Shown: positions 27,977-40,221, numbered from the stretch's first letter. The stretch: 64,000 nucleotides of DNA from Tidjanibacter sp. (GCA_017648105.1 JAGCJH010000017.1:788-64787); one strand, 5' to 3'. Program-made: numbers and translations. Notes: generated from the sequence alone by a model not told the origin.

Positions 27977-30900
27977 ATGAGTGTAGTACAGTCAATCTTG
28001 AAACTCTTTTTTGGTACGAAGAGTGACAAGGATAGGAAAGAGATTCAGCCTTATGTGGATAAGATACTTGCCCTCTATCCCACTATCGACGCCCTCTCGA
28101 ATGATGAGTTGAGGGCTCGTTCGCAGGCGTTGCGTGAGGGCATTGCAGCCTACATTCTCCCCGAGGAGGAGCGCATTGCGGCTTTGAAGGTGGAGATTGA
28201 GGGCGATATTGAGATTGATAGGAAGAGCGACCTCTCGAAGGAGATTGAAAAACTCACGGAGAAAATCGACGAGAAGATTGAGGAGAGGTTGGACGCAATT
28301 TTGCCCGAGGCATTTGCTATTATGAAATCTACGGCAAGGAGGTTTGCCGAGAACGAAACCGTGGAGGTTACCGCTTCGCAGTTTGATAGGGATTTGGCTT
28401 CGGTTAGGGAGTATGTCAATATTGAGGGCGACAAGGCTATTTGGCAGACCACTTGGGCTGCTGGTGGCAATGAGATTAAGTGGGATATGATCCACTATGA
28501 TGTTCAGCTCTTCGGTGGTGTTGTGCTCCATAAGGGTAAAATTGCCGAGATGGCTACTGGTGAGGGTAAAACCCTGGTTGCAACCTTGCCTGTGTTCCTC
28601 AATGCGCTGGCTGGTAAGGGTGTGCACGTTGTGACTGTCAATGACTATTTGGCAAAGCGTGACTGCGAGTGGATGGGTCCTATGTACCAGTTCCACGGCT
28701 TGTCGGTAGAGTGTATCGACAACTACCGCCCCAACTCGGCAGAGCGTCGCAAGGCATACGATGCAAACATTACCTTCGGTACGAACAATGAGTTCGGCTT
28801 CGACTACCTGAGGGACAATATGTCCATTCAGGGCAAGGAACTTGTGCAGAAGAAACACCACTACGCCATTGTCGATGAGGTCGATTCGGTGCTTATTGAC
28901 GACGCTCGTACCCCTCTGATTATCTCGGGTCCCGTGCCTAAGGGCGACGACCAACTCTTCGATGAGTATCGTGATATCGTGGAGAGGGTCTATACTATGC
29001 AGCGCAACTATGCAAACGACTGCTTGGTGAAGGCTCGCAACCTCATTGCGGCTGGTAATAGCGAGGAGGGCGGTATCTGGTTGCTTCGTTCGCATAAGGG
29101 TCATCCCAAAAATAAGGGTCTGATTAAGTTCCTATCGGAGCAGGGTATGAAGGTGCTCTTGCAGAAGACCGAGGCTATCTATATGGCAAATAAGAACGAG
29201 CGTATGCACGAGATTACCGATGAACTCTTCTTTGTCATCGACGAGAAGATGCACTCGGTGGAACTTACCGATAAGGGTCACGAGATGTTGGCTAAGTCGG
29301 TGGGCGAGGATAGGTTCTTTGTGTTGCCCGACATCGGTACGGAGATTGCTGCTTTGGAGAAGAGCGACCTCTCGGCTGAGGAAAAGGCTACTAAGAAGGA
29401 TGCTGTGCTCGCAGACTACGCCATCAAGAGCGAAAGGGTACACACTGTCAATCAGCTCCTGAAAGCATACAGTATGTTCGAGAAGGATGTGGAGTATGTC
29501 TTGATGGACGGCAAGGTTAAGATTGTTGATGAGCAGACAGGTCGTATTATGGAGGGTCGCCGTTACTCGGATGGCTTGCATCAGGCAATCGAGGCAAAGG
29601 AGCGTGTGAAGGTGGAGGCTGCAACCCAGACCTTTGCGACCATCACTCTGCAAAACTACTTCCGTATGTACCACAAGCTCGCAGGTATGACCGGTACCGC
29701 AGAGACCGAGGCAAGCGAGTTTTGGAGCATCTATAAACTCGATGTTGTTGTTATTCCCACCAACCGCCCCATCGCTCGTGAGGATAGGGACGACCTTGTC
29801 TATAAGACCAAGAGGGAGAAATACAACGCTGTGGTTGAAGAGATCGTAAGGCTCGTGAATGAGGAGAAGCGCCCCGTATTGGTGGGTACCACCTCGGTGG
29901 AGGTTTCGGAGCTTCTGAGCCGCATCTTGAAGATTCGCCACATCCCCCACAATGTCCTCAATGCAAAACAGCACGCCCTTGAAGCGCAGGTTGTTGCTGA
30001 GGCAGGTAGGGCTGGTCAGGTAACCATCGCAACCAATATGGCAGGTCGTGGTACCGATATCAAGCTCTCGCCCGAGGTTAAGGCTGCGGGTGGTCTTGCA
30101 ATCATCGGTACGGAGCGCCACGAGAGCCGGCGTGTGGATAGGCAGCTGCGTGGTCGTTCGGGTCGTCAGGGCGACCCAGGTTCTTCGCAGTTCTTCGTGT
30201 CGTTGGAGGACGACCTGATGCGTCTGTTTGGTAGCGACCGCATCGCTGCAATGATGGACAGGATGGGTCTTGAAGAGGGCGAGGTTATTCAGGCGAAGAT
30301 TATGAGCAACGCCATCGAGAAGGCTCAAAAGAAGGTTGAGGAGAACAACTTTGGTATCCGTAAGCGCCTCTTGGAGTATGACGATGTGATGAACAAACAG
30401 CGTACGGCTATCTACACTATGCGTCGCCACGCACTGCACGGCGAGGGTGTGGATATCGACCTTAACAATATGATTCTCTCCTTTGCCGACACATTTGTGG
30501 CAACGATGGCAGGTGCCTCCTTTGAGGACTTCTCCTTCGAGCTTATCCGTCAGGTGGCTGTTCAGCCCACCTTCGATGAGGCAACCTACAATAGTGCAAA
30601 GGACGAGGCTCTCGCAGAACTTATCATTGCCGACATCCGTAACGCCTACGCACGCCGTGCGCAGAGCGTAGCGCAGACAGCAATGCCTGTCATCAAAAAC
30701 CTTGTGGAGAGCAATCCTCAGGCGGAGAATATGTACATCCCCATCACAAATGGTACCCTTGTGTATAATGTGCTCGTAAACCTCAAAAAGTGTGTGGCGA
30801 GCGAGGGTATGGAGATCTACAAGATGTTCACCAAGATTGCAATGCTCACAACCATTGACGACAACTGGCGTGAGCACCTCCGTGAGATGGACGACCTGAA

Positions 30901-31258
30901 ACAGAGCGTGCAGAATGCAACATACGAGCAGAAAGATCCCCTCTTGATTTACAAGGGTGAGAGTTACAACCTCTTTGAGAGTATGATCGACAAAATCAAC
31001 TCGGAGGTTATCTCCATCCTTATGAAGGGCTTTATCCCCACCAAGGAGCAGGCAGATAGTCGCCTCTCCCGTCGCAAACAGCAGGAACAGAAGGTTGATG
31101 TCAATAAGTTGCAGGCATCCCGAATGGCGGCTGCTGCTCAGGCAGGTCAGGGCGAGAAGAGCAAACCTATGCCCGTGCATGTGGAGAAGAAGGTGCGCCC
31201 CAATGACCCCTGTCCCTGTGGGTCGGGGAAGAAGTATAAGCACTGCCACGGCGCTTAA
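27977..31258 (+). CDS. secA: preprotein translocase SecA
   Basis: [42 protein letters not shown] and C-terminal [17 protein letters not shown]. Confidence 0.99.
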   Translation: MSVVQSILKLFFGTKSDKDRKEIQPYVDKILALYPTIDALSNDELRARSQALREGIAAYILPEEERIAALKVEIEGDIEIDRKSDLSKEIEKLTEKIDEKIEERLDAILPEAFAIMKSTARRFAENETVEVTASQFDRDLASVREYVNIEGDKAIWQTTWAAGGNEIKWDMIHYDVQLFGGVVLHKGKIAEMATGEGKTLVATLPVFLNALAGKGVHVVTVNDYLAKRDCEWMGPMYQFHGLSVECIDNYRPNSAERRKAYDANITFGTNNEFGFDYLRDNMSIQGKELVQKKHHYAIVDEVDSVLIDDARTPLIISGPVPKGDDQLFDEYRDIVERVYTMQRNYANDCLVKARNLIAAGNSEEGGIWLLRSHKGHPKNKGLIKFLSEQGMKVLLQKTEAIYMANKNERMHEITDELFFVIDEKMHSVELTDKGHEMLAKSVGEDRFFVLPDIGTEIAALEKSDLSAEEKATKKDAVLADYAIKSERVHTVNQLLKAYSMFEKDVEYVLMDGKVKIVDEQTGRIMEGRRYSDGLHQAIEAKERVKVEAATQTFATITLQNYFRMYHKLAGMTGTAETEASEFWSIYKLDVVVIPTNRPIAREDRDDLVYKTKREKYNAVVEEIVRLVNEEKRPVLVGTTSVEVSELLSRILKIRHIPHNVLNAKQHALEAQVVAEAGRAGQVTIATNMAGRGTDIKLSPEVKAAGGLAIIGTERHESRRVDRQLRGRSGRQGDPGSSQFFVSLEDDLMRLFGSDRIAAMMDRMGLEEGEVIQAKIMSNAIEKAQKKVEENNFGIRKRLLEYDDVMNKQRTAIYTMRRHALHGEGVDIDLNNMILSFADTFVATMAGASFEDFSFELIRQVAVQPTFDEATYNSAKDEALAELIIADIRNAYARRAQSVAQTAMPVIKNLVESNPQAENMYIPITNGTLVYNVLVNLKKCVASEGMEIYKMFTKIAMLTTIDDNWREHLREMDDLKQSVQNATYEQKDPLLIYKGESYNLFESMIDKINSEVISILMKGFIPTKEQADSRLSRRKQQEQKVDVNKLQASRMAAAAQAGQGEKSKPMPVHVEKKVRPNDPCPCGSGKKYKHCHGA

Positions 31259-31383
31259 AAAACGCATATAACGAGCGACTGCTTCGTTATACTTCGATAA
31301 GCGGAGTTCCTCATTTGCGATGAGCAAACTGCGGACTCCGCTTTCTCGTATGCCTTGTACTCATCTCGTTCTATGCGTTTTTA
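31256..31383 (+). repeat. ~128-bp structured palindromic element (family C)
   Basis: Near-identical to 16135-16261, with a compensatory stem change. Confidence 0.9.
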
Positions 31384-31396
31384 CAGCTATCTACTT

Positions 31397-31462
31397 TTAT
31401 GCCCTTAATGCCCTTAATGCCTTTAATGCCTTTAAGGTCTTTTATGCCCTTAATGTCCCTAA
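31397..31462. repeat. 9-bp tandem repeat (family A, reverse orientation)
   Basis: tgcccttaa tgcccttaa tgcctttaa tgcctttaa. Confidence 0.85.
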
Positions 31463-31475
31463 AAAACTACTGACT

Positions 31476-31518
31476 AAAAAAAGACTACCAACCCACTCGG
31501 GTTGGTAGTCTTTTTTTT
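31476..31518. terminator. bidirectional intrinsic terminator
   Basis: AAAAAAAGACTACCAACCC-ACTC-GGGTTGGTAGTCTTTTTTTT. Confidence 0.92.
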
Positions 31519-31532
31519 ATAATTCCTCAGCT

Positions 31533-33005
31533 CTATGCCTGTTCCCAGTCCATTGAGCCGTCTTTATTGTCCTTCACACGGATGCCGATTTCGGCGAGGC
31601 GGTTGCGGATAAGGTCGCTGGTCGCCCAATCCTTATTAGCCTTTGCGGTGCGACGCACCTCCAAAATCATATCCATAAGGGGCGCAAGTTGGCTCTCGCC
31701 ACCCTCACTCTTTTCGTTATGAAGACCCAAGATGTCAAATACATAGAGATTGACAACTCGTTTGAGTTCCTCCAAGTCGGCAGCGGTAATCTGCTCCTTG
31801 CCGTCTGCCAAAGAGTTGATAATCCTCACCCAGTCGAACAGAGCCGAGATGGCCATAGGCGATGAGAGGTCATCGTTCATTGCATCCTCACAGCGGGTTG
31901 CAAGATCGCTGACATCCACGCTCGATTTGTCGCCATTGGCTTTGAGTTTGCCGAGGGTATCCACAGCCTTCATAAGCCTATCGTAGCCCTTCTCTGCCGC
32001 TTTGAGAGCCTCGTTGGAGAAGTCCAAAGTGGAGCGATAGTGTGCCTGCAAGATGAAGAACCTCACGGTCATAGGCGAGTATGCCTGTTCGAGCTTATCG
32101 TGTGTGCCACCGAAGAGTTGTTCGAGGGTAATGAAGTTGCCGAGCGACTTGCCCATCTTCTGACCACCAATGGTAATCATATTGTTGTGTACCCAATAGC
32201 GTGCCGAGTCGTGACCGAGCGAGGCGCACGACTGCGCAATCTCGCACTCGTGGTGGGGGAACATAAGGTCCATACCGCCACCGTGGATGTCGAACTGCTC
32301 GCCGAGGTACTTGGTGCTCATAGCCGTACATTCGAGGTGCCAACCGGGGAAGCCGTCGCTCCAAGGCGAGGGCCAGCGCATAATGTGCTCGGGCTGTGCC
32401 TTCTTCCAAAGGGCAAAGTCGTAGGAGTTGAGTTTGTCGCTCTGACCGTCGATGTCACGAGTACCCACAAGCACATCGTCGAGGTTGCGACCCGAGAGTT
32501 TGCCATAGTGGAACTTCTCGTTGTATTTGGTAACATCGAAGTAGATGGAGCCGTTGCTCTCATAGGCGTAGCCTGCGTCGAGAATACTCTTCACGAGCTC
32601 AATCTGCTCGATGATGTGACCGCTTGCGTGGGGCTCAATCGAGGGGGGCAATACGCCGAGCTTCTCCATAAAGGTGTGGTAGCGGTTGGTGTAGAACTGC
32701 GCAACCTCCATAGGTTCGAGCTGTTCGAGGCGTGCCTTCTTTGAGATTTTGTCCTCGCCCTCATCGGCATCGTGCTCCAAGTGACCCACATCGGTAATGT
32801 TTCTTACATAGCGCACCTTATAGCCCAAAGCCTTCAAGTAGCGGAAGAGCAAATCGAAGGTAATAGCGGGGCGTGTGTGTCCGAGGTGTGGGTCGCCATA
32901 GACGGTAGGACCGCACACATACATACCCACGTGCTCGGGATTTATGGGCTGAAAAACCTCTTTCCTGCGGGAAAGGGTGTTGTATAGCATCAACTTTGTA
33001 GCCAT
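31533..33005 (-). CDS. cysS: cysteinyl-tRNA synthetase
   Basis: [31 protein letters not shown] and KMGKS motifs. Confidence 0.98.
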   Translation of the reverse strand: MATKLMLYNTLSRRKEVFQPINPEHVGMYVCGPTVYGDPHLGHTRPAITFDLLFRYLKALGYKVRYVRNITDVGHLEHDADEGEDKISKKARLEQLEPMEVAQFYTNRYHTFMEKLGVLPPSIEPHASGHIIEQIELVKSILDAGYAYESNGSIYFDVTKYNEKFHYGKLSGRNLDDVLVGTRDIDGQSDKLNSYDFALWKKAQPEHIMRWPSPWSDGFPGWHLECTAMSTKYLGEQFDIHGGGMDLMFPHHECEIAQSCASLGHDSARYWVHNNMITIGGQKMGKSLGNFITLEQLFGGTHDKLEQAYSPMTVRFFILQAHYRSTLDFSNEALKAAEKGYDRLMKAVDTLGKLKANGDKSSVDVSDLATRCEDAMNDDLSSPMAISALFDWVRIINSLADGKEQITAADLEELKRVVNLYVFDILGLHNEKSEGGESQLAPLMDMILEVRRTAKANKDWATSDLIRNRLAEIGIRVKDNKDGSMDWEQA

Positions 33006-33097
33006 AGTCTTTTAATTGGTCTGGTTTGAGGTTGTAAAAATACTCATTATTTTCTTAACTTTGCAAAATAATTGACACAATAGAGAGTTATTTATCT

Positions 33098-36000
33098 ATG
33101 AAAACATACAATAGAATCAACAACCTCGTCGGATGGGGAACTTTTCTCCTCTCGGCGCTTGTCTATATCCTGACCACCGAGCCCTCGGCAAGTTTCTGGG
33201 ATTGCGGTGAGTTTATCCCCACATCATACAAATTGGAGGTCGGACACCCCCCCGGTGCGCCTCTCTTTATGATGATTGCCAACTTCTTTTCGCAGTTCGC
33301 CTTTGGCGATGTGTCGAAGGTGGCGCTGATGGTCAATATTATGTCCTGCTTGGCGGCTGCGGCAACCATTATGTTCCTCTTTTGGAGCATCACACACATT
33401 GCCCGTCGTATGATTGTGGGTCGCAATGGCGAGCCCTCAAAGGGTCAGACTATTGCCATTATGGGCGCAGGTTTGGTGGGCGCTCTCGCCTATACCTTCA
33501 CGGACACCTTCTGGTTTTCGGCTGTCGAGGCGGAGGTTTATGCCCTCTCCTCGCTGATGACTGCGGTGGTCGTGTGGGCAATCTTGAAGTGGGAGAGTGT
33601 TGCCGACCAGAAGGGTAACGAACGCTGGATTGTCTTTATTGCCTATATGATGGGTCTTTCCATTGGCGTACATATCCTTAATCTGCTGACAATTCCCGCA
33701 CTTGTCTTTGTCTATTATTTCCGTAAGACAGAGAAGGTTACAACCAAAGGACTCATCTATTCCACACTCATAAGCGGAGGGCTGATTCTGTTCCTCAATA
33801 GCATCGTGATACCCTATACCACACAGATTGGTGCTTGGTTTGATAGGGTGCTCAACTCGATGGGTGCGGCGGTCAATGTGGGCTTTGCAATCTATGCTGT
33901 GCTGCTCTTTGTGGCGCTCGGTTGGGGCGTGTGGTTCACCCAGAAGAGGGGCAAGAGGCTCGCAAACCTCATTGTCACTTGCCTCACGGTGGTGCTCATC
34001 GGTTATTCGTCGTATGGCTCCATCATCATCCGTGCGGCGGCAAATCCCCCAATGAACTCCAATGACCCAGACAACCCATACGCACTGCTCTATCTGCTGA
34101 ACCGTGAGCAGTATGAGGCGCAACCAATCCTCTCGGGTGTGTCGTATGCAGCCCCTGTGACGGATGTCAATTATCGCACCAAATACTATGTCGATGATAA
34201 TGGAAAGTATGTGGGTGAAAAGACCATTGCGGGCTATGAGTACCCCTCGGAGTTCAAGATGCTCTTCCCCCGTATGTGGTCGAGTCAGGAGCGTCATATC
34301 GAGGGTTACAAGTCGTGGGGTAGAGTGAAGGGACGCAAGGTGCGCTACGGGGGTGAGGCTTACACTGTGCCCACTTTTGGCGAGAATTTGCGCTATTTCT
34401 TTGACTACCAGCTCAACTTTATGTACTGGCGCTACTTCCTTTGGAACTTTGTGGGTCGCCAGAGCGACAATCAGAGTGTGGGAGAGATTACCGATGGTAA
34501 TTGGCTCTCGGGCATCAAACCCATAGACGAGGCGATGCTCGGTCCCCAAGATAACCTGCCCGATGAGATGGCAAACAACAAGGCACGCAACCGCTACTTC
34601 TTCCTGCCATTCATCTTGGGACTCATTGGTCTTGTGTGGCAACTCGGCAAGAATCCCCGCTACTTCTCGGTAGTTGTGTGGTTGTTTGTGATGATGGGTG
34701 TGGCACTCGTGGTCTATTTCAACTCGCCCCCAGGGGAGCCCCGAGAGAGGGATTATGTCTATGCCGGTTCGTTCTATGCCTTCTGTATGTGGATAGGCTT
34801 TGGTGTGCTTGCTGTGGCAGAGTGGTTGAGAAAAATTTTCAAGAAGAACGAGCTCCTCGCTCCCGTTGTGGCAACTGTCGTGTGCCTCTCGGTGCCCACA
34901 ATTCTCTGTGCCGAGAACTGGGATGACCACGACCGCAGCGGTAGGTATGTAATGCGAGATATGGGCTATAACTACCTCTCAACCGTACTGCCCAACTCCA
35001 TCGTAATCAACTATGGCGATAACGACACCTATCCTATGTGGTATAATCAGGAGGTGGAGGGTGTGCGACCCGATGTGAGGATTATGAACCAGAGCTACTT
35101 GGGTGGCGGTTGGTATGTCGAGGAGATGAAGCAGACCTACAATGAGAGTGCTCCCGTGCCTTTCTCGTTCCCCAAGAGTAAGTATATGTATGCCAACGAC
35201 TACATCTTTATTGAGGATGTGGTGGACTATCGTGTGGATTTGAAGCAAGCGATGGATGTGGTGCGTAGCGAGCGCCCCGCAACCAAACTCTCCTACTCGG
35301 ATGACCTCACTTTCGACTTCCTGCCCCAGCACAAAATCTCCATCCCAGTGAATAAGGAGAATGTCCTCAAAGCGGGTATCGTTAAGCCCGAGGATGCCCA
35401 CCTGATTCTCGATGCTGTGGAGCTCGATATCAAGGGTACCACTCTCGAAAAGCCACAAGTGATGATTCTCGATATGTTGGCAGAGCTCGATTGGAGCCGT
35501 CCTGTTTATTTCGTGCAGCCCAACCTGCTGAAAAACCTCGGTCTGAACGACTACCTCCAATATGATGGCTATGCCTATCGCTTTGTCCCCATCAAAACTC
35601 CTGCGGAGAGTGTGGCAACGCTGGGTCGCATAGATACCGAATACCTCTATAATAATATAATGAATGTCTATCGCTACGGCAATGTGAAGGATGAGAGCGT
35701 CTATGTGGATAACTTCTCACGCTACAACATCAACTCGACACAGATTCGTGGTGGCTTTGCACGACTTGCTGAGGCACTCGTGGCAGAGGGCGACACTCAG
35801 AGAGCTATTGAGGTACTCGATAGGGGAGTGGAGGAGTTGCCATTCTCGCAGGTGCCCCACGGCTACCAGTCCTTCCCCTACATCGACGCCTACTATGCCG
35901 CAGGTGCTGTGGAGAAGGGTGATGCGCTGGCTCGTGACTTCGCAAAGGATATTACACAGAGGCTCTACTATTTCTTCACCTTCCCCGATGCTAAGCAGGA

Positions 36001-36247
36001 CTTCGTGAGCGATGCGCTCGTTGATGAATTCCAATACTTGGAACACCTTATCTACTCGGTGCTTTTGCCCCACGAACGCTTTGAGCTGATGAATGAGCTC
36101 GACCGCAGCTTGGAGATTGCTGAACTCTTCTTTGGTATGACTCGCAATGAGCAGGGACAGCCCGAGAGTACTGTTGCACCCGTCAATGACCGCACAAGAG
36201 CAGAGTTCCTCAAAAGCATTGAAGGCTACTTCGTGATTAAAAATTAG
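33098..36247 (+). CDS. DUF2723 membrane protein (putative GT-C glycosyltransferase)
   Basis: FWDCGEF, VGHPPG, AVEAEVY, RERDY and GDNDTYP motifs; many TM helices; TAACTTTG -7 box at 33056. Confidence 0.9.
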   Translation: MKTYNRINNLVGWGTFLLSALVYILTTEPSASFWDCGEFIPTSYKLEVGHPPGAPLFMMIANFFSQFAFGDVSKVALMVNIMSCLAAAATIMFLFWSITHIARRMIVGRNGEPSKGQTIAIMGAGLVGALAYTFTDTFWFSAVEAEVYALSSLMTAVVVWAILKWESVADQKGNERWIVFIAYMMGLSIGVHILNLLTIPALVFVYYFRKTEKVTTKGLIYSTLISGGLILFLNSIVIPYTTQIGAWFDRVLNSMGAAVNVGFAIYAVLLFVALGWGVWFTQKRGKRLANLIVTCLTVVLIGYSSYGSIIIRAAANPPMNSNDPDNPYALLYLLNREQYEAQPILSGVSYAAPVTDVNYRTKYYVDDNGKYVGEKTIAGYEYPSEFKMLFPRMWSSQERHIEGYKSWGRVKGRKVRYGGEAYTVPTFGENLRYFFDYQLNFMYWRYFLWNFVGRQSDNQSVGEITDGNWLSGIKPIDEAMLGPQDNLPDEMANNKARNRYFFLPFILGLIGLVWQLGKNPRYFSVVVWLFVMMGVALVVYFNSPPGEPRERDYVYAGSFYAFCMWIGFGVLAVAEWLRKIFKKNELLAPVVATVVCLSVPTILCAENWDDHDRSGRYVMRDMGYNYLSTVLPNSIVINYGDNDTYPMWYNQEVEGVRPDVRIMNQSYLGGGWYVEEMKQTYNESAPVPFSFPKSKYMYANDYIFIEDVVDYRVDLKQAMDVVRSERPATKLSYSDDLTFDFLPQHKISIPVNKENVLKAGIVKPEDAHLILDAVELDIKGTTLEKPQVMILDMLAELDWSRPVYFVQPNLLKNLGLNDYLQYDGYAYRFVPIKTPAESVATLGRIDTEYLYNNIMNVYRYGNVKDESVYVDNFSRYNINSTQIRGGFARLAEALVAEGDTQRAIEVLDRGVEELPFSQVPHGYQSFPYIDAYYAAGAVEKGDALARDFAKDITQRLYYFFTFPDAKQDFVSDALVDEFQYLEHLIYSVLLPHERFELMNELDRSLEIAELFFGMTRNEQGQPESTVAPVNDRTRAEFLKSIEGYFVIKN

Positions 36248-36272
36248 TATTTTCGACCCCAAAGGTCAAGAT

Positions 36273-36309
36273 AAAACTCCTTCCCTAAGGCTTAGGGGAG
36301 GAGTTTTTT
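36273..36309 (+). terminator. intrinsic terminator
   Basis: AAAACTCCTTCCCTAAG..CTTAGGGGAGGAGTTTTTT. Confidence 0.88.
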
Positions 36310-36337
36310 GTGGGAGAAGTGTGGCTTTGCGGAAAAT

Positions 36338-36370
36338 AATTCTCAATTCCCAATTTTCAATTCTCAATTC
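36338..36370. repeat. heptamer tandem repeat (family B)
   Basis: aattctc aattccc aattttc aattctc, abutting the metK -7 box. Confidence 0.85.
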
Positions 36371-36377
36371 TTTGTTG

Positions 36378-36385
36378 TACTTTTG
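36378..36385 (+). promoter_or_regulatory. Bacteroidota -7 element for metK
   Basis: TACTTTTG directly ahead of the riboswitch. Confidence 0.65.
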
Positions 36386-36387
36386 TG

Positions 36388-36463
36388 GCGTGGAAAGATT
36401 TGGCTGCTTGCAAACCACGCTGGGAGGGCTGTGCGCCACCCGAGCAAAAAAGTGCTAAAAGGC
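36388..36463 (+). promoter_or_regulatory. SAM-II (long-loop type) riboswitch candidate
   Basis: P1 GCGTGG/CCACGC encloses GATTT..GCT..TTGC, with a downstream GCTAAAAGGC pseudoknot partner; lies upstream of metK. Confidence 0.75.
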
Positions 36464-36620
36464 AAACAAAGAGCATCTTGTGCCCCCAAGTAGGGGCGTG
36501 AAATCCCAGCCAAACTATCCACCAAGAAATAGGAGTATAACCGAGTTGAAAGGTTGTGCGTGTTGTGTCTTTCGGAAACACTCAACGCTCAACTATCGAC
36601 TCCCAATTTTAAGGTAAGAT

Positions 36621-37874
36621 ATGGCATTTTTGTTTACATCGGAGTCGGTGTCGGAGGGACACCCCGATAAAGTGTCCGACCAGATTTCGGACGCAATTCT
36701 TGATGAATTTTTGCGCAAAGACCCCACAAGTAAGGTCGCTTGCGAGACACTCTGCACCACAGGTCTTGTGGTAGTTTCGGGCGAGGTGCGCTCGGACGCC
36801 TATGTGGATATTCAGGGTGTGGCTCGTAGAGTTGTGAAACAGATTGGCTACAACCGTAGCGAGTTGCAGTTCGATGGCGACTCGTGTGGTATCCTTTCGG
36901 CTATCCACGAGCAGTCGGGCGATATCAATCAGGGAGTGGTGCGTGCTACCGAGGAGGAGCAGGGCGCAGGCGATCAGGGTATTATGTTCGGCTACGCTTG
37001 TACCGAGACTCGTGAGTTGATGCCCGCAACACTCATCCTCTCGCACGTTATCCTCAAAGAACTTGCAGACATCCGTCGTGAGGGTAAGGTTATGTGCTAC
37101 TTGCGCCCCGACTCGAAGAGTCAGGTTACTATTGAGTATAGCGAGGATGGCACCCCTCTCAGGGTACATACTATCGTCGTATCGACGCAGCACGACGACT
37201 TCGAGGATTGCCAGAGAATTATTGCTGAGGATGTTCGCAACATCCTTATCCCTCGTGTGAAGGCTCGCTTGGAGAAGGCTGGCGACCACTTGGCAGAGCT
37301 CATTGGCGACGACTATATCCTCTATGTAAACCCCACGGGTAAGTTTGTAATCGGAGGTCCTCACGGAGATACTGGCTTGACTGGTAGGAAGATTATCGTT
37401 GATACATATGGTGGTCGTGGCGCACACGGTGGTGGCGCATTCTCGGGTAAGGACTCCTCGAAGGTGGATCGTTCGGCAGCCTACGCAGCACGCCACATCG
37501 CAAAGAATATGGTCGCAGCGGGTATTGCAGAAAGGCTTATGGTGCAGGTGAGCTATGCTATTGGCGTAGCACACCCCATCAACATCTTCGTAGATACCTT
37601 CGGCACCTCGAAGGTTGATGTGAGCGATAGTAGGATTGCAGAGATTGTGGGCGAGATGTTCGATCTTCGTCCTGCAAGCATTGTGCGTCGCTTTGGTCTG
37701 ACCAACCCCATCTTTGAGCCCACAGCATCCTATGGTCACTTTGGTCGCCGACCCTACACCGAGGAGATGGAGCTCACAAGGAATGGTAAAACTACCACTG
37801 AGGTTGTAAAATTCTTCGGCTGGGAGGAACTCGACGAGGTGGAGAACATCAAAAAAATATTTAACATTGCTTAA
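36621..37874 (+). CDS. metK: S-adenosylmethionine synthetase
   Basis: [19 protein letters not shown] and GGGAFSGKD motifs. Confidence 0.99.
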   Translation: MAFLFTSESVSEGHPDKVSDQISDAILDEFLRKDPTSKVACETLCTTGLVVVSGEVRSDAYVDIQGVARRVVKQIGYNRSELQFDGDSCGILSAIHEQSGDINQGVVRATEEEQGAGDQGIMFGYACTETRELMPATLILSHVILKELADIRREGKVMCYLRPDSKSQVTIEYSEDGTPLRVHTIVVSTQHDDFEDCQRIIAEDVRNILIPRVKARLEKAGDHLAELIGDDYILYVNPTGKFVIGGPHGDTGLTGRKIIVDTYGGRGAHGGGAFSGKDSSKVDRSAAYAARHIAKNMVAAGIAERLMVQVSYAIGVAHPINIFVDTFGTSKVDVSDSRIAEIVGEMFDLRPASIVRRFGLTNPIFEPTASYGHFGRRPYTEEMELTRNGKTTTEVVKFFGWEELDEVENIKKIFNIA

Positions 37875-37915
37875 AATCAGTCCAATCCAAAATTCAAAAT
37901 CCCAAAATCAGAATT

Positions 37916-38707
37916 ATGGATAAATTTATCATTTCCAACGGTTGCGCACTTCGCATCACCGACACCCGCAAGGGCGACAAGACAATCCTCCTGCTTCACG
38001 GCTATCTTGAAAGTCTGGATGTGTGGGAGGACTTCACAAAACTCCTCTCCAAAGAGTATCGTGTGGTGGCTATGGATATCCCTGGTCACGGCATCTCGCA
38101 GGTTATGGGCGAGAAACATTCGATGAGCTTCTTGGCGGAGACTGTTGTGGGTGTGCTCGATGAGTTGGAGATTGAGAAGGCAACCATTGTGGGTCACTCG
38201 ATGGGTGGCTATGTGGCTTTGCAGACACTCCGCCTCCACCCCGAGCGTATGGATGGTATTGTACTCCTGAGCTCCACGCCCAACCCCGACAGCCCCGAGA
38301 AGATTGCCGATAGGGACAAAGAGATTGCACTCGTAGAGGGCGGACACAAAGATTTGTTGGCAACAACCGCTGCCAAGAATGGCTTTGCAACCGAAAATCT
38401 CAAAAAGATGCAGGATGAGATTATCTTCCTCGAAGAGCAGGTACTCGTGACCGAGCCCGAAGGTGTGATTGCACTCCTGCGTGGTATGAAGGAGAGGGAG
38501 GATAGCAATGAACTTTTGCAGAATTCGGCACTTCCCCAGCTCTTCATCCTCGGCAAGAAGGACAACTACATACCTCTCGACAAGGCAGAGGCTATGGTTG
38601 CAGCCCACCCCCAAGCAAAGGTTGTGTGGCTCGAAAATTCGGGACACCTCGGCTACTTTGAGGAGCCCGAGGCGTGCGCAGAGGCAATAAAGGAGTTTAT
38701 TAAGTAA
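37916..38707 (+). CDS. alpha/beta hydrolase
   Basis: LLHG, DIPGHG, GHSMGG, GKKD and SGH motifs. Confidence 0.93.
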   Translation: MDKFIISNGCALRITDTRKGDKTILLLHGYLESLDVWEDFTKLLSKEYRVVAMDIPGHGISQVMGEKHSMSFLAETVVGVLDELEIEKATIVGHSMGGYVALQTLRLHPERMDGIVLLSSTPNPDSPEKIADRDKEIALVEGGHKDLLATTAAKNGFATENLKKMQDEIIFLEEQVLVTEPEGVIALLRGMKEREDSNELLQNSALPQLFILGKKDNYIPLDKAEAMVAAHPQAKVVWLENSGHLGYFEEPEACAEAIKEFIK

Positions 38708-38719
38708 GTGTTAGGTAAT

Positions 38720-40141
38720 ATGAAGCACCTGAAACAGATTCTCTTGGCTTGCGTGGTACTCCTCTCGGCGATGGCTTGTTCGCCCCGCAAGGAGAATATC
38801 ATCATCATCTCCACGAGCGACATTCACGCCAAGATTGAGGAGTTGCCCCGTCTTGCTGCCTTCGTTGAGGAGGCTCGCAGTCAGGATACGGCTCGTGTGT
38901 TCCTTGTGGATGCTGGCGATAGATGGACAGGTAATCCCTATGTGGATAAGGCGTCACACGCAGGTCGCCCCATCATCGAGCAGATGAATAAGATGGGCTA
39001 CGATGTGGCGACTATCGGTAATCACGAGTTCGATATGGGTCTTGATACGCTCCAAAGGCGTCTTGGCGAGGCTGAGTTCGACATTGTGCTTGCCAATATC
39101 GACACCAAAGAGAGCGCCCTCAAACAGCCCAAACCCTATGTTATCAAGCGTGCGGGTGGTGTGAAGGTTGGTTTCCTCGGTATTGTGACCAATAATGCCA
39201 ATGGTCATCCCGACGGTAAGGATGTAATCTTCGAGGGTACGGAGTTCTTCTCGCCCGACTGGGTGGCAGAGAGGTATGGCTCCACGGTGCGTCGCAAAAG
39301 TGACCTTATGGTCGTAATCTCCCACTGCGGTCTGGATCGTGACACGGTGGATTTGGTCAAGGCGTTCCCCTATGCCGACCTTATTGTCAGTGGTCACACC
39401 CACGAGCAGTATTCGGGTAAGGTGGAGGGCGTTGCTGTCGTTCAAGGCAATAGTAAATTGCGTGCCGTGGGCGTGACAACAGCGACACTCTTGGGCGGTA
39501 AGGTTGTGGATATCCAAACCAAATATATGACTCTCCCCGAGGAGGAGTGCGAGGCGACCAAAGAGAGCGTGGAGGAGTATTTCAACGACCCCTATTTCAA
39601 TGAGTCGGTGGGCACCTTCACTGCGGAGGCTACGAAGATGGGTCTTGCCCACTTTATGGCAGATGAGGGTCGCAGGGTCGCAGGTGCCGACATCGGCTTC
39701 TACCACATTGGCGGCACTCGCATATCGTCACTCGCAGAGGGTGATGTGGCAAGAGCCAGAATCTTTGAGCTCGAACCATTCAATAGCGATATGGTCATTA
39801 CCACAATGAGCTATAAGGAGATTGAGGAGATGATTTTCCAGAAGTTCAACGACAAGGTAAACTATAAGGAGTCGCACCGTGTGGATTTGATACCTTCGGG
39901 TCTTAGCTATACCATTGTGACCGATAAGTCGGGCGATGCTGTGGCTGTACGCCTCAACCCCGATGTGAAGAAAGAGCTCTATAAGGTGGCGGTGAGTAAC
40001 TATGTCTATGAGAATAAGACCTACCCATACACCCGTCGCCCCGAGGAGGGTCGCACACCACTCGTTACGACCTATCTCATAAATCGCCTTGCAGAGGGTC
40101 CCTATACCCCCGACAATGCCCCCCGAGGAGTGATTGAGTAG
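38720..40141 (+). CDS. bifunctional metallophosphatase/5'-nucleotidase lipoprotein
   Basis: SAMAC lipobox; SDIH, DAGD, GNHEFD, SHCG and SGHTH motifs. Confidence 0.9.
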   Translation: MKHLKQILLACVVLLSAMACSPRKENIIIISTSDIHAKIEELPRLAAFVEEARSQDTARVFLVDAGDRWTGNPYVDKASHAGRPIIEQMNKMGYDVATIGNHEFDMGLDTLQRRLGEAEFDIVLANIDTKESALKQPKPYVIKRAGGVKVGFLGIVTNNANGHPDGKDVIFEGTEFFSPDWVAERYGSTVRRKSDLMVVISHCGLDRDTVDLVKAFPYADLIVSGHTHEQYSGKVEGVAVVQGNSKLRAVGVTTATLLGGKVVDIQTKYMTLPEEECEATKESVEEYFNDPYFNESVGTFTAEATKMGLAHFMADEGRRVAGADIGFYHIGGTRISSLAEGDVARARIFELEPFNSDMVITTMSYKEIEEMIFQKFNDKVNYKESHRVDLIPSGLSYTIVTDKSGDAVAVRLNPDVKKELYKVAVSNYVYENKTYPYTRRPEEGRTPLVTTYLINRLAEGPYTPDNAPRGVIE

Positions 40142-40187
40142 TTGGTAAAGAGCAATTTTACGATAAGACTTATTGTTCCTATATGAT

Positions 40188-40221
40188 AAAAAAGTGAGCC
40201 CTCGAAAGGCTCACTTTTTTT
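40188..40221. terminator. bidirectional intrinsic terminator
   Basis: AAAAAAGTGAGCC...GGCTCACTTTTTTT. Confidence 0.9.

Noticed and set aside
36421-36460. SAM-I-like words (GAGGG...GCAA...GTGCTAA)
   Set aside because: The SAM-I P1 AUC/GAU core is missing; the SAM-II pseudoknot explains the sequence better.
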